Assembly: GCF_044704955.1 (NCBI RefSeq)
Contig: NC_091989.1
Span: forward strand, 56,358,001-56,422,000
Length of the DNA stretch: 64,000 nt
DNA from: Pristiophorus japonicus
Taxonomy: Eukaryota
Direction: 5' to 3'
Below are positions 36,650 to 49,800 of this stretch, piece by piece. Both the position numbers and the translations under genes were made by a program. Numbering within the stretch: the first letter of the stretch is position 1; each line of letters begins with the position of its first letter. Under the pieces are notes generated by a model that did no database searches, was not told the origin of the DNA, and saw only the letters and a program-made list of their open reading frames with translations.

Positions 36650-37515
36650 CAACCTGCCCCCGCCACATAGTATTGCCCTCTGATTGTCAATATCCATGAC
36701 GAGGCCTTGGACAACGTGGACCATTTTCCATACCTCGGGAGCCTACCATCAACAAGGGCAGACGTCAATGACGAAGTCCAACACTGCCTTCAGTGTGCCA
36801 GTGCAGCCTTCGGTCGCCTGAGGAAGAGAGTGTTTGAAGACCAGGACCTCAAACCCAGCACCAAGCTCATGGTCTACAGAGCAGTAGTGATACCCGCCCT
36901 CCTATATGCTTCGGAGACATGGACTATGTACAACAGGCACCACAAAGCACTGGAGAAATACCACTAACATTGCTTCCGCAAGATCCTGCAAATCCATTGG
37001 CAGGATAGGCGCACCATGTCAGTGTTCTCACTCAGGTCAACATCCTCCGCATCGAAGCATTGACCACGCTCGATCAGCTCCGCTGGACAGGTCACATTGT
37101 CCGCATGCCCAATACTAGACTTCCAAAACAAGCGCTCTACTCAGAGCTCCGACACGACAAGCGAGTCCCAGCTGTGCAGAGGAAACGCTTTAAGCACACC
37201 TTCAAAGCCTCCTTGAGAAAGTGCAACATCACATCGACACCTGGGAATCTCTGGCACAAGACTGCTCACAGTGGAGGAGAAGCATCCAAGTAGGCGCCGA
37301 ATACATTGAGTCTCTTCATTGGGAGAAAGCTAAGGCCAAGCACAAACAACAGAAGGAGCGCACGATAACCCAAGCACCTCACCCACCCATCCCTTCAACC
37401 ACTGTCTGCCCCACCTGTGACAGAGACTGTAGGTCTCGCATTGGACTCATCAGTCACCTGAGAACTCACATTAGTGTGGAAGCAAGTCATCCTCAATGGC
37501 CTAAGAAGAAGAAGG
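36650..37515 (+). mobile_element. RTE-clade LINE 3' fragment
   Basis: VDHFPYLGS..ASAAFGRLRKRVF..TKLMVYRAVVIPALLYASETW; QLRWTGHIVRMPNTRLPKQ; CPTCDRDCRSRIGLISHLRTH. Confidence 0.9.
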
Positions 37516-37879
37516 AGGCAAAAGCCTGTTAAATATCTCCATTAAAATAGCAAGCAGAGCACTGCCACACATATGCAATAAGTATTGGGATGCTAGCAAT
37601 TTCTAACTTTTTTTTAACCATCTCTTGTTATAATGCTGTAGTTTTAAAATTTAGACTTGGGTCTAAAATTTAACCCATTAGAGCCATTCTTAGCTAAAGT
37701 CAACATTAAGCAGAATTATGTTAAGCGAACTCTGCCACTCACACACTGGAATCTTGGGCAAGTCCAGGTGATCTTTATAAGCAGGTACGAGTGAGCCCAG
37801 GAATTGGATTAGGTGAAATGTTGCAATGATTATTATTATATAAGAATGGACAATAAAGAAAACTAAAATTACTTGAATG

Positions 37880-38320
37880 TCAGCTTAGTTCAATGATGGC
37901 ACTTTACGTGTGAGCCAGAAGAATCTTGTTTCAAGCCCCATTCCAGGACTTGAGCACAGAATCTGATGCTCCAGGGCAGTACTAAGGGAGTAATGCATTG
38001 TTGGGAGTGGTGTTTCTCAGATAAGAGGTTAAACCGAGGCTCATTCTGCCTGTTCAGGTAGATGTAAAAGATCCAATGGCACTTTTCAAAAAGAGCCAAC
38101 ATTCCTGCCTGAACCAACACCGCCTAAGTACAGACTACCTGGGAACTTACTGCTGTTAATTTACATATAAACGCAAGATGTCATTGTTTATGAGAATTGC
38201 TTTGTGCAAATTGGCTGCCATGTTTGCCTATGTAACAGTGACCCAAAAAAGGAATCCATTCATTGTAAAGTGTTTTGTGATGTCCTGAGGATGTGAAAGG
38301 TGCGATACAAATTATTTTTT
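37880..38320 (+). mobile_element. Deu-domain SINE (diverged)
   Basis: tRNA-like head and GTTAAACCGAGGC..GATGTAAAAGATCC body. Confidence 0.65.
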
Positions 38321-40373
38321 CTTTAATACCAAATAAAACAAAATGATTAATCTAAAACAAGGCAAGACAAATATAGAATGGGGAGCAGAAAGCAGCATGT
38401 CCATGTCCAAAAAGCAAAGTATACTATATGTGATTGCTGAGAAGAGTAACTTCAGTCTGTATAATTCACTGAGCAATATTGTTGTTTTTGATGCTCACAG
38501 ATCACACAATAAAAATGCTCCTCCATCTGATTTTTGCTGCCATAGATTGCTCAATTTGTTCTTTACGCCTGTGTTTTATTTCCTTCTTTTTATTGTGTGT
38601 GTCAAAAATAGCTATAACTTTAAAAGGATTTTCAGCTAATATACAATACTAAGTAATATACATTTGCTATTTAGCTTTGACATCATGCAGTGTCGGCAAA
38701 ATAATCACTTAATTTTCTCATTCCAATTCAACCCAGACTGAGCAACGGGCACAGAAGCTTCCCGAGGGTGTCACGCACAGTATGAAATGTTCAGACAATC
38801 TGAAATCACTTGCCAGTGTACATGTCTACAGCAGGAAACTGCTCCTAATTCGGCACTTACCTGACAATGTCAGTGACAGGGAGGATAGAAAGAGAAAGCA
38901 TGGGGAATTGAAATGTCTCATTGTTAAAGTGGGAGTTTAGAAGGCGGAGAGGGGCAAGCGATATAGATTGCTCCAGGCTGTACACACGAAGCTGTGAAAA
39001 CAAGCTGACAATAAAGGGGAAATCTGTTCAGAAGAGCAAAAAAGCAGAGAGGAACTTTATCAACTTTCTAAAATAATATGGTGAAGTGGAAGCTTGGTGA
39101 ATTATTTGGAATGAATCCAGAATGTTTGAGCAGAGGTCAAGGATTTTAAAAACTTTTTCTTTGACTTACGGAATAAGCCGCTACATGCTGCTTGTAATAT
39201 GTAGGTTTCTGCAAAAGCAAGAGGCACAGTTTTTTCCTGCATGAAGTTTTCTAAAAATATAAGCTTAAACCTAAAACAGGACTATTTTAGCTGGGGTAAT
39301 GTTTATAGTGGATTTAAAATTTAATGCTTAACAGGGTTGACTATAACAACAAATTCACAAGATTGATAAGCTTGATGTATTTGCTTATGCCTGTGCACTA
39401 TATTTGACAGATTCCATAACTAATTATAGAATGCCTGTTTCAGTCCCCTGTCTAAAAGATTCTGTTCTGCTGTACTGTCATCTTGATACATATGTATTGA
39501 AACAAACCGATACATAGCTCAGAATATTGAAATGGCTCGGTGAAAAGCACATGATCACTCTTACAGTTTTCACAGGAAATTCCTGTGCCTATTGTAGAGC
39601 CACGGATCTCGTTTTGTTGAAACACTTGCAAAAGAATGAATACAAATCCACTTTTTACAAAGCACTGGTGTACATTTGAAAATATTTCCCTACATTACAT
39701 TACAACAGTGACTACACTTCAAAAGTAATTAATTGGCTGTAAAACAATTTGGGACGTGCTGAGGTTGTGAATGGCACTATATAAATGTAAGTCTGTTCTT
39801 TAATTATGGACAACAGATGGGATGAAGTAATACATCCTTCTTATGGTTCATTAACAATAGCAGGAATGTTCATATTTCTCCTGTACTAATGCTGGTTAAT
39901 GGTTTAGCCAATTTTTAGTAAATAATGAAAGACTCGAGTGCAATAAAATCATTAGGGTATCTCCTTCCTGGCCTCCCTCTTGGACTGTAAGTTCATAAGA
40001 TGTGCAGTTCTGTCTCAAGCGGGGCCCTCCAGGCCTCTGCTTTCTTAACAAGAACGGTAGCCAATGAGTGAAGCATTTCTTCTTGACAGACCCCATCATC
40101 CATTTCTAATCAGCTCTGGCGAAGTTATTGTTCAGTCATCTATAAGGATAATTTTCCTACATAAAGCAGTGACTGCTTCAGAAAGTGCTTGAGATGATTC
40201 TATGTAACAAGGCATTGTAATTAATGGCTGTGTTCTATTTGGTTGAGTTAACTTACCATTGGCGATAGAATTAGCTGCACCCACAGTGTAACTTATGATT
40301 ATTGTCTGACCACTCAATGCCAGAATGCTGTCCAGAGGATTTCATTTCTGCAAATTTAGGTTTTAATATACAG

Positions 40374-41100
40374 TGGGCTGTATGGTTTCCAATCCCACTG
40401 TATAATAAAACCTAGATTAGTAACAAATATTACGGAGATGGTCACATCCATTATGTTTATTCCAAACTGTGGCTATAGTTTTACTTACCTCGGCGGGTCC
40501 ATGGCAGGCGATGTCGATGGTGCGTCCCGAACATGTTGCTGGCACCACCCCACTGTGTAAAATGACTTTCCATTGATTGGGCTTGTTAAACCAGTTCAAT
40601 GTGTTACCCAGCCCAATTAGAGGAAGAGGGTCTGGTGATGTCATTTTATGATGCGTCATCAGCCGGTTTTCTTAAAGGGACCATGGCCACATTTGTCTTG
40701 ACATTTGTGCTGCCTGTGTTCTACAGCATTTGACGGCACAAAGACACAGGGCTGCACCCGGGCTCTCCAATGACTCCCTCTATATGCTTACATCCCTCCA
40801 TCGTCTGCCACGGACCCGCCGAGGTAAATAAAATCATAGCCACAGTTTGGAATAAACATAATGGATGTGACCATCTCCATAATATATTTTACTAAGCTAG
40901 GTTTTAATATACAGTGGGATTGGAGACCACACAGCCCACAGCACGCAGGGAGGTCCTCTTTCCTTCCCATAGGCGGAAGAGAGTTCTCCAGGAGATCAAC
41001 ACAGTCTGGATACACATTGCAGAGGAGGGCACGAGCAGGGATGTGGTCAGGAGGACCTGGGTGCAGTGCCACAAATGTTTCAACAATCTCAGTAGATCAC
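40374..41100 (+). mobile_element. Harbinger-derived segment with a Myb/SANT remnant and an internal inverted duplication
   Basis: RREVLFPS..WIHIAEEG..RRTWVQCHKCFNNLSR Myb/SANT-like; 40790-40940 is the reverse complement of 40374-40520. Confidence 0.6.
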
Positions 41101-41149
41101 AAAACATTAGTACAAAGCCACATTCAACCTCATCCTGCTGTGCTGGATG

Positions 41150-42170
41150 CAGCGAGGAGCGGAGGTCAGAAGCGGCGTGGAGCGGTGGTCGGAATTGAGG
41201 AAGAACGGAGATCAGGACCGGCGAGGTCTGGAGAGGTCCAGAGGTCCAGAGAGGTCCGGAGGTTGGGACGGGTGAGGTCCGGAGGTCGGGACCGGCGAGG
41301 TCCGGAGAGGTCCGGAGGTCGGGACCGGCGAGGTCCGGAGGTCGGGACGGGTGAGGTCCGGAGGTCGGGACTGGCGAGGTCCAGGGAGGTCCGGAGGTCG
41401 GGATGGGTAAGGTCCGGAGGTCGGGACCGGCGAAGTCCAGGGGTTGGAACCGGTGAGGTCTGGAGGTTGGGACCGGCGAGGTCTAGAGATCAGGACCGGC
41501 GAGGTCCAGGGAGGTCCGGAGGTTGGGACGGGTGAAGTCTGGAGGTCGGGACCGGCGAGGTCCAGAGGTCAGGACCGGCGAGGTCCAGGGAGGTCCGGAG
41601 GTTGGGACGGGTGAGGTCTGGAGGTCGGGACGGGTGAGGTCCAGAGGTCAGGACTGGCGAGGTCTGGAGGTTGAGATCGGCATAGTCCGGAGGTCAGGAC
41701 CGGTGAGGTCTGGAGATCAGAAGCGGAGAGGAGAGGACGAATGAGGCATGGCAGAGCGATGAGGTCAGAGCACAGAGGTGGAGCAGCGTAGACAAAACCA
41801 AGGTAAGGCGCAGCATGGGCCAATTGCGAGGCTGTGAGGTCGTGAGGCTCACATTGCGTACTATGAATTCCACGTAGAGAGGTCCTGTGGGAAAGAGGAA
41901 GAAGGACAGTAGGAGTATGTTTGAATTTGTGTGTATGTATTGGCACATACGGCAGAGCCTGGTTTCCAGTCGTCTTTCATCCCCTTGCCACTGGACCAAG
42001 ACCTTGCTCTGTCAAGTCCGTGTGGTGGCAGGTGTGTAACGGCCACCCCATGTTAAAAGATTTCATGCACAGGCATCTTCCACCGTTTAAAATGAGTTCA
42101 TCAACCACCTGAGTACTCATTTTTAGTGCGGAAGCAAGTCATCCTCGAGAGATTGCCTATGATGATGATG
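41150..42170 (+). mobile_element. RTE-derived SINE-like element with an expanded GGAGGTCGGGACCGGCGAGGTCC tandem repeat (41200-41720)
   Basis: About 23-bp degenerate tandem units; 3' end GCGGAAGCAAGTCATCCTCG..CCTATGATGATGATG. Confidence 0.75.
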
Positions 42171-42667
42171 CTGTGCCTCTCATCACATCCCATTCACTCT
42201 GCTTTCCCAACCCTTCTCCTGCACATCCTTACTCACCTTGGACCTCCACCCATCACTCTCTATCTATATTATCACATCCCCATTTCACTAGCCACCCCTC
42301 ACACTCACCCTCATCCTCGTGCAATCATACCAACTAACAATGTTGGACAGTTTTCTTGCTTTTTTCGCTTTGTTGCTTTAAACGTCAGAATTATACACAC
42401 ACTCAGCTGTAGTAATGGCAGGATCAGGTCTTTTATTTAAACATTCCTACTATACAAACCCAGTATGAATGGTACTGAGATACAAATACTTCACAAGCCA
42501 GCTCTCTGCTTGTTCCGATTTCCAGTGTCTGCTTGTGAGGCACACACCTTCCGAATTTCCAGTGTCTATCAGTGGTATAAGAGATTTTCAGTCTCTCATC
42601 TCTTATACCAAGAAAGAATTTGAACTCTCGTTTCCTTGCATAGTAACAATGGTACATACAAATAATT

Positions 42668-43500
42668 CATCATCATCATAGGCAGTCCCTCGAAATCGAG
42701 GAAGACTTGCTTTCATCTAAAAGTGAGTTCTCAGGTGACTTTACAGTCCAATGCAGGAATTACAGTCTCTGTCATAGGTGGAACAGACAATGGTTGAAGG
42801 AAAGGGTGGGTGAGGAGTCTGGTTTTCTGCACGCTCCTTCCGCTGTCTGCGTTTGGTTTCTGCATGCTCTCGGCGACGAGACGCGAGGTGCTCAGCCTCT
42901 TCCTCCATTTAGGGCAGTCTTGGGCCAGGGATTCCCAGGTGTCAGTGGGGATGTTGCACTTTATCAAGGCTGCTTTGACGGTGTCCTTGAAACGTTTCCT
43001 CTGCCCACCAGGGGCTCGCTTGCTGTGTAGGAGCTCCGAGTAGAGCGCTTGCTTTGAGAATCTCGTGTCGGGCATGCGGACGATGTGGCCCGTCCAATGG
43101 ATGTGGCCTGCCTCCCATATTGCCCCCCAATCATCAAAATCCACGGCGCGGCCTTGGACAACGTGGACCATTTTCCATACCTCGAGAGCCTACTATCAGC
43201 AAGGGCAGACATCGACGACAAAGTCCAACACTGCCTCCAGCGTGCCAGCGCAGTCTTCAGTTGCCTGAGGAAGAGAGTGTTTGAAGACAAGGACTCAAAT
43301 CTGGCACCAAGCTTATGGTCTACAGGGCCCTCCTATATGGCTCAGAGACGTGGACCATATATAGTAGACACCACAAAGCACTGGAGAAGTACCACCAGCG
43401 CTGCCTCCGTAAGATCCTGCAAATCCACTGGGAGGATAGATGCACCAACGTCAGTTTCTCGATCAAACCAACATCCCATGCATCAACTGACCACACTCGA
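42668..43500 (-). mobile_element. 5'-inverted (twin-primed) RTE insertion
   Basis: (CAT)n tail and 3' RTE part on minus (42668-43104); the adjacent upstream RTE part on plus (43105-43500); TSD ACAAATAATT (42658-42667 and 43500-43509). Confidence 0.85.
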
Positions 43501-44672
43501 CAAATAATTAACATACAGATAAATGACCAGCTACCCATTATCCTGAAATCGTCTCACTGTCACAAATCGACCCCCACCATGAAGTACTGTAAACACACAG
43601 GTGATCAGATAGACACATTTGAATGGCTAAATGGCTCCATATCGTCTAGCAGCCCGTTTTGTGAAACATCCTCTGTTTTGATCCAAACTTGAATCAGAAA
43701 GCTGCTTCAACCTTTAACCCTTTCGGCCCAGTCTCCAGACTGCGCCGAATCGAAGCGTTTCAGAAATATGGGCTTTCGTTCCCACAAACAACACACAAGA
43801 GTAGACACTTGGGCGTTTATGCAAAGTTCATGTATCCCCTGAGCCCCTGAAAAATTCCGACTTAAGTTTTAATATAAAATGGGTTTAGCGTCTACAAAGC
43901 AAATACAATCTTTATTATTGAAACAATTTTAGATGAACAGACATGCATCTGCTGTTCATACATTCTGCTCATTCCTCCCAAGCAGTCTTAAAATAGCTGC
44001 TGAGTAATGTAGTGCAAGTACACGTATGATTGATTGAAAGACTGGCATTCTACTATATACACTTGTGGAACTGCTGGCTTCTCAGCTTTATTTTGTCGCT
44101 GTGTTGGGTCAGTTTTCAATGCATTACCACCCCCTGTCTGGGAGACAAACATCGGCCCCTATGTGTCATCCACGATTCATTTGAAAGTTGTTCCAAGCAA
44201 CATCTGCTAACATGACTGATCTCAGCTGGTGCCCCAATTAAACAACAACAACAACTTCTATTTATATAGTGCCTTTAACATAGTAAAATGCCCCAAAGCG
44301 CTTCACAGCAGTGTTATAAGACGAAACAAATAAATTTGACACCGAGCCACATAAGAAGAAATTACAGCAGATGACCAAAAGCTTGGTGAAAGAGGTAGGT
44401 TTTAAGGAGCGACTTAAAGGAGGAAAGAGAGTAGAGAGGCGGATAGGTTTAGGGAAGGAGTTTGGGGCCTAGGCAGCTGAAGGCACGGCCACCAATCGTT
44501 GAGTAGTTATAATCAGGGAAGCTCAAGAGGGCAGAATTTGAGGAGTGCAGATATCTTGTTGGGGGGTTGTGAGGCTGAAGGAGATTACAGAGATAGGAAG
44601 GGATGAAGCCATGGTGGGATTTGTAAACAAGGATGAGAGTTTTGAAATCGAGGCGTTGATTAACCGGGAGCC

Positions 44673-44919
44673 TAATATGTCCTTACTCTACAATATAAAT
44701 GCACACGAGGCCCATACTTGAGAAAAGATCATTCTGTGACCAGTTACCTTTATTACCAAGACCTCAAGAGGCAGAGGTTGGGTGGAGCTTCCACTTTTAT
44801 ACCGGAAAGTCCAGGTTAGGAGTGTCTCCCACAAGTTCACCCTCTGTGGTCAGTGTTCTCAAGGTATACAACTTAGGTCAGCTTATACATGGGTTACAAT
44901 GACAATTGAATACATGACA
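44673..44919 (-). mobile_element. Solo LTR (247 bp)
   Basis: 5-bp TSD GAGCC (44668-44672 and 44920-44924); ends ...CATGACA; minus-strand TATA and AATAAA. Confidence 0.82.
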
Positions 44920-45923
44920 GAGCCAATGTAGGTCAGCGAGCTCGGCCATGGGCTGGCGAGATTTGGATGACCTCAAGTTTACATAGGATAGAATGTGGGA
45001 GGTCAGCCATGTGTTCATGTCTAGAGGTAACAAAGACACGGATGAGGGTTTCAGCTGCTGATGAGCTGAGGGAGGTGCAGAGACGGGCGATGTTATGGAG
45101 GTGGAAATAGGTGGTTTTAGTTATTGTTATGTTCAGAATAACTCCACAAGACTGTATATCTTAAGCTCAAACTGTTGTGACCTTAGTCTCTTTAATGTGA
45201 CTCCAGAGGAGGCAGCATGGTAGATTACCTTTTATACCTGCTTGCCCAGGGTGCACAGGTGACCCTTGGGTCTCCCACAGCTGTGCCCCCTGGTGGCAAG
45301 TCTTACATATTGGTGAGATTTACATACATACATAACATCACTCCCCACCAAAGTCTTATGTACAAGTTATTTACAAGTTGAAGCGATCTGGCGCTCTGCT
45401 TTCCCGGGTCGATCGCCTGAGTTGAAGTCCTGGTGTGGGTGAGTTGGTCGGATCATTGCTGCATGGTCGCACGGCTGGTCTGATCGGACTGTCGGGCATG
45501 GTGGGTTCATCCTCGTGGTTGACAGCGAGGTCGATTTTGTTAGTGGGTCGTTGGGGCTAGGTCTTTTCACAGTGGTTCCTGGTTATCTGTAGTTCACAGT
45601 TTGGTCTGGTCCAAATGCTTTCTGCATTTGCCCAGTACATGGTTTCACAACAAACACTCCATTTTCATCACAAACACTCCATTCCCCTCTTTGGCTAATA
45701 CAGTGCTAGCAGCCTATCTGGGGCCATGAACATGGCCTACATCATTTATTCTGATGTCGCGTGGAGGAACCGTGCGATCATGGTACATTCTCTGCTGATA
45801 GCATAAGCAAGGCTCGGTTCTGAGTGATTCTGTCTGGTGACTGTGTTGCACCCGGGATAGCCAGGTCTGTAGGGAGTCTACCGTGACACGTGTGGTGCTT
45901 GGCTTTATGATTTGCGCTGCTTG

Positions 45924-46513
45924 CTCCAGACTATTGTCGCTCTCCCTAAGGTCTGGCAAGCCAAGGATGGACGATATGGCCTTGAGACTTTCAGTAGTGA
46001 CGGAATACTCTTTAGTTCCGTTGGCTGGATGCACTCTTGTCCGTGTCTGTGATGTCAACTGCCGCGATCTTCCTCCCTCCCCAGAGATTTTGCCTCTGGC
46101 ATTGGGAAGACGCATTCGGATTGTTTTGGCTGGAGTCCCACTCTGCTTGGTCGACTTGGAGCCTCTTCCATCATTGTGAAGAGGTCGTCGGCTTTGGGTG
46201 GTGGGTACCGCGCCTGTACCGCTGCTCGGTTGATCTTCATCTCCTCGTGGTCGATGAGCGGTCTGTGCCTCGTGAATCTGCAAATGGATCTGCACTTTGA
46301 TGCCTGGTTCAGCTGAAGGTGGAGGCTTGCACAGCCTTTGAGCAAGCGAGACGTCATTCGCCGGAGAAGTACGCAGAGGTCTTCCAGTTCCATCAAATCT
46401 TCCCCATCCACCTTCTATCAAGCAGCATTGGCCCATCACCTGAAACAATCCAGTGGTAAATCGTGCATCGCTCCCTCATGGGATACTCTTATGTCCGCAC
46501 TACCAATAACTGG
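45924..46513. repeat. 590-bp direct duplication of Gypsy-2 sequence (second copy 53043-53634) flanking ERV-C
   Basis: Both copies begin CTCCAGACTATTGTCGC and end ACCAATAACTGG; their paired ORF translations are near-identical. Confidence 0.95.
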
Positions 46514-46814
46514 ATGTTTCAGGGGAAGAGGGAGAGGAGGTGCAGGGCGGGAACAATATGATGCCTGTCACAATTGTGGTCAGATTGGACACTGGGCTAG
46601 AACTTGCCGGGCAAAACAGCAACAACCAAATTATGATTGGACTCAACAGGCAGGTAATAGAGCACACCCTCCCCCTTCAGGACCCAACCCGTATGCGACC
46701 CAAATCCAGGTACATGCTAGACCTCAGACTAATTTCTCTGTGCAAGATCCATTTGGATCACAGAATCAAAAGCAATTCAGCCAACCACCAAATTGCCCGT
46801 ATAATGATCAATGA
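46514..46814 (+). pseudogene. gag: ERV-C gag C-terminal remnant (one CCHC knuckle)
   Basis: RGRGRGG..CHNCGQIGHWARTC; ends in TGA-C in frame with pol. Confidence 0.88.
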
Positions 46815-49800
46815 CGCCCAATCCCAGACCCGAGTGCTGCGAACAAACAGCTACCCGTCGTTTCATTAAATGCCATAGGAGAACCTGAAGTAAAAATACG
46901 AATACAAGGGAAGGATATCCCATTCCTGGTGGATACTGGTGCCACCTATTCGGTCCTTTCAAGGGAAGATACGAGGGGAATTCCCACTTCCACTAATCAA
47001 ACCTCAGTGATTGGACTATCTGGACACGCACAGCAAATGTTTTTCTCCAACCCTATCAATGTACAATTAGAGGATTACGAAGATAATCATTCATTCCTAC
47101 GTGACCTGTTATGTAAAATGAGTGCCACAATCCTCTGTTCCCCAGCTGGTCTGGAGGTTCGGGTCCCCATAGATAAATGTGGCGCATACCCACTACTTCA
47201 ACCCACAACTCCCATATTGTATGCCTGGAAAAATTTGGATCCCACACTAAGCAAAACCCTATCCTATTTGGTTGGTTCATATTGGTGTGTAACAAGGTTA
47301 ATCACAGACTACCTCAAATCTCAAACCTTGGGCAAGTGGTACGAAACATTACACTGCACAGCATATTGTGACAACACGGGATCAGATGCTACAGCACAAA
47401 TCTTTTATCAACCATTCCTGCACCAGAAACATCAATTGATGATCGAACAAATCTTTATCAGACCCGAAGGGATAGCGGCAAGGGTTGAATTACCCTCCCA
47501 CAGTCAGAGCTTGTTTAGGGTTGAAGAGAGCGTTCCACACTGCACCCTTGCGGTTGCAGGCACACATAAGCCCCAGGATTTGGGACGAATGGTTAAAAGA
47601 ATGCAAGGATCCCCAGTACAAGAGGAATGGCACACACGTAATGGAACTTTGGGGCAACATGAAAGGGGGGGAGGCTATTCTGTCAAGTTGAATGGGAAAA
47701 TATACTTCGATGTTGTCTTAGAAGAAAGGATGCTTTCAGCCACTAGCTTCCCAGTACAACAAAGCACAGCAGAGCTTCTTGCTAAAGTTCCAGAACAACT
47801 ATGGTCTACACACGCTAATGAAGTAGGAAAGATGCTCACCGCACAACCATATAAGGTAGCGATCAATTCAACCGCCCCACTCCCCAAGAAGCCCCAATAC
47901 CCCTTGTCCCCAGCCGCAGAACAAGGTATCGAGCCAGTCATCAAGTCCCTGCTGGCCCAGGGAGTAATCGTTCCAACTAGAAGTCCATGTAACACTCCGA
48001 TCTTTCCGGTGCAGAAGCCCAATAGTGACAAATGGAGATTTGTCCAAGACCTACGAGCCGTGAATCATTCGGTATTCCCAACTTATCCGGTGGTACCCAA
48101 CCCGGCAATTATACTTGCCAGTATTCCGGCATCATCAACCTATTACACAGTAATTGATCTGTGTTCAGCATTTTTCTCAATACCCATTCACCCAGAGTCC
48201 CAATTCCTGTTTGCCTTCACGTATAAAGGACGCCAATATACGTGGACAAGACTCCCGCAGGGATTTACCGAGAGCCCTACCATATTCTCACAATGCCTAA
48301 AGAGGGATCTGGAAGATGTAATTTTACCAGCAGGTTCTACACTTGTGCAGTATGTTGACGACTTATTGCTCGCCTCACCCTCCAAATTGGCCTGCGAAAC
48401 GGACTCCCTTGTGTTATTAAAAGCTCTGGCCTCGAAAGGACACAAGGTGTCAAAGGCAAAGTTACAATTTGTCTCACAAAAGTTTTGGTATCTAGGGCAC
48501 GAATTGGTCAGAGATACGAGACAATTGACACAAGACCGAGTAAAAGCAATCTGCTCTGCCCCACTACCAGTAACCAAGAGAGAAATGAAACACTTCCTCG
48601 GCATGACAGGATACTGCCGGCAATGGGTTATGAGTTATTCCGAGATCGTTAGACCACTGTTAGACATGTCCATGCCTGCACGACCAGAGAAGTTGATTTG
48701 GAATGAGGTATCCCGGAATGCTTTTCAGAACCTTAAACAGTCCCTCACTTCAGCACCCGCCTTGGGATTACCAGATTACACTAAGCTATTCAACTTATTT
48801 GTGCATCACAAGTCGGGTTTTGCACAATCTGTTTTGACTCAGTTACATGGGGACAGGCAGCGACCGGTAGCATATTTCAGTACCCAACTAGACCCAGTGG
48901 CACGCGGACTACCAGGATGTCTTCCTTCATTGGCAGCAGCTTATTATGCTATGCAACAGGCTCAGACAATAACTCTAAATCATCAGACCATTTTGTATAT
49001 CCCACACTCTGTCGAGATTTTACTTACTACGTGTGCCACCCAACACCTAACCTCCGCAAGAACCACTAAATACGAGGTCGAACGGTTATCAAATCCGAAC
49101 CTTATCATCAAAAGATGCACTACCTTAAATCCAGCCACTCTACTCTCCACGGAAGACGACGGTGAACCCCATTCATGTGAAATGGTAACCGAATTAGTGA
49201 CTAAACCACGTATCAATCTAACAGATGTACCAATGTGTAACCCTGATCTAGTGTACTATGTTGACGGATCAGCCCTACGAAATGATAGGGGCCAACCTAG
49301 AGCGGCTTATGCAATTGTAACTCAGTTTAATGTTGTCGAAACAGCCTCTCTTCCAGACTCCTTTTCAGCCCAACAAGCCGAATTGTTTGCGTTAACTCGA
49401 GCCTGTATTCTGGCTGAAGGACACACAGTTAATATCTACACTGACTCCAGGTATGCTTTTGGTGTATCACATGACTATGGACAAATTTGGAAGATTCGCG
49501 GGTACCTGACTTCTTCAGGAACCCCTATCAAAAATGCAGAACAAGTGGAAAATCTCCTGCGAGCCATTCAATGCCCCTTGAAACTTGCCATTATCAAATG
49601 CCAAGCACATACAGGCCAGTCGAATGAGGTGGCACTTGGGAATGCCAGAGCTGATAATGCAGCTAAGTCAGCAGCTCTGTCAAAAGGGGGGATGCAGGTG
49701 TCATTGTTCCCACTAAGGAAAAATAATTGCTCAGACCCGCCACCCACTATTAATGACGTGCTGGCCTTTCAGACACAGGCCAGTACGGAGGAGGTGGTGA

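Noticed and set aside
40861-41744. Arg/Gly-rich ORFs, and the tandem array as a CRISPR-like locus
   Set aside because: Degenerate tandem repeat inside a SINE-like element; no unique spacers and no cas genes; vertebrate DNA
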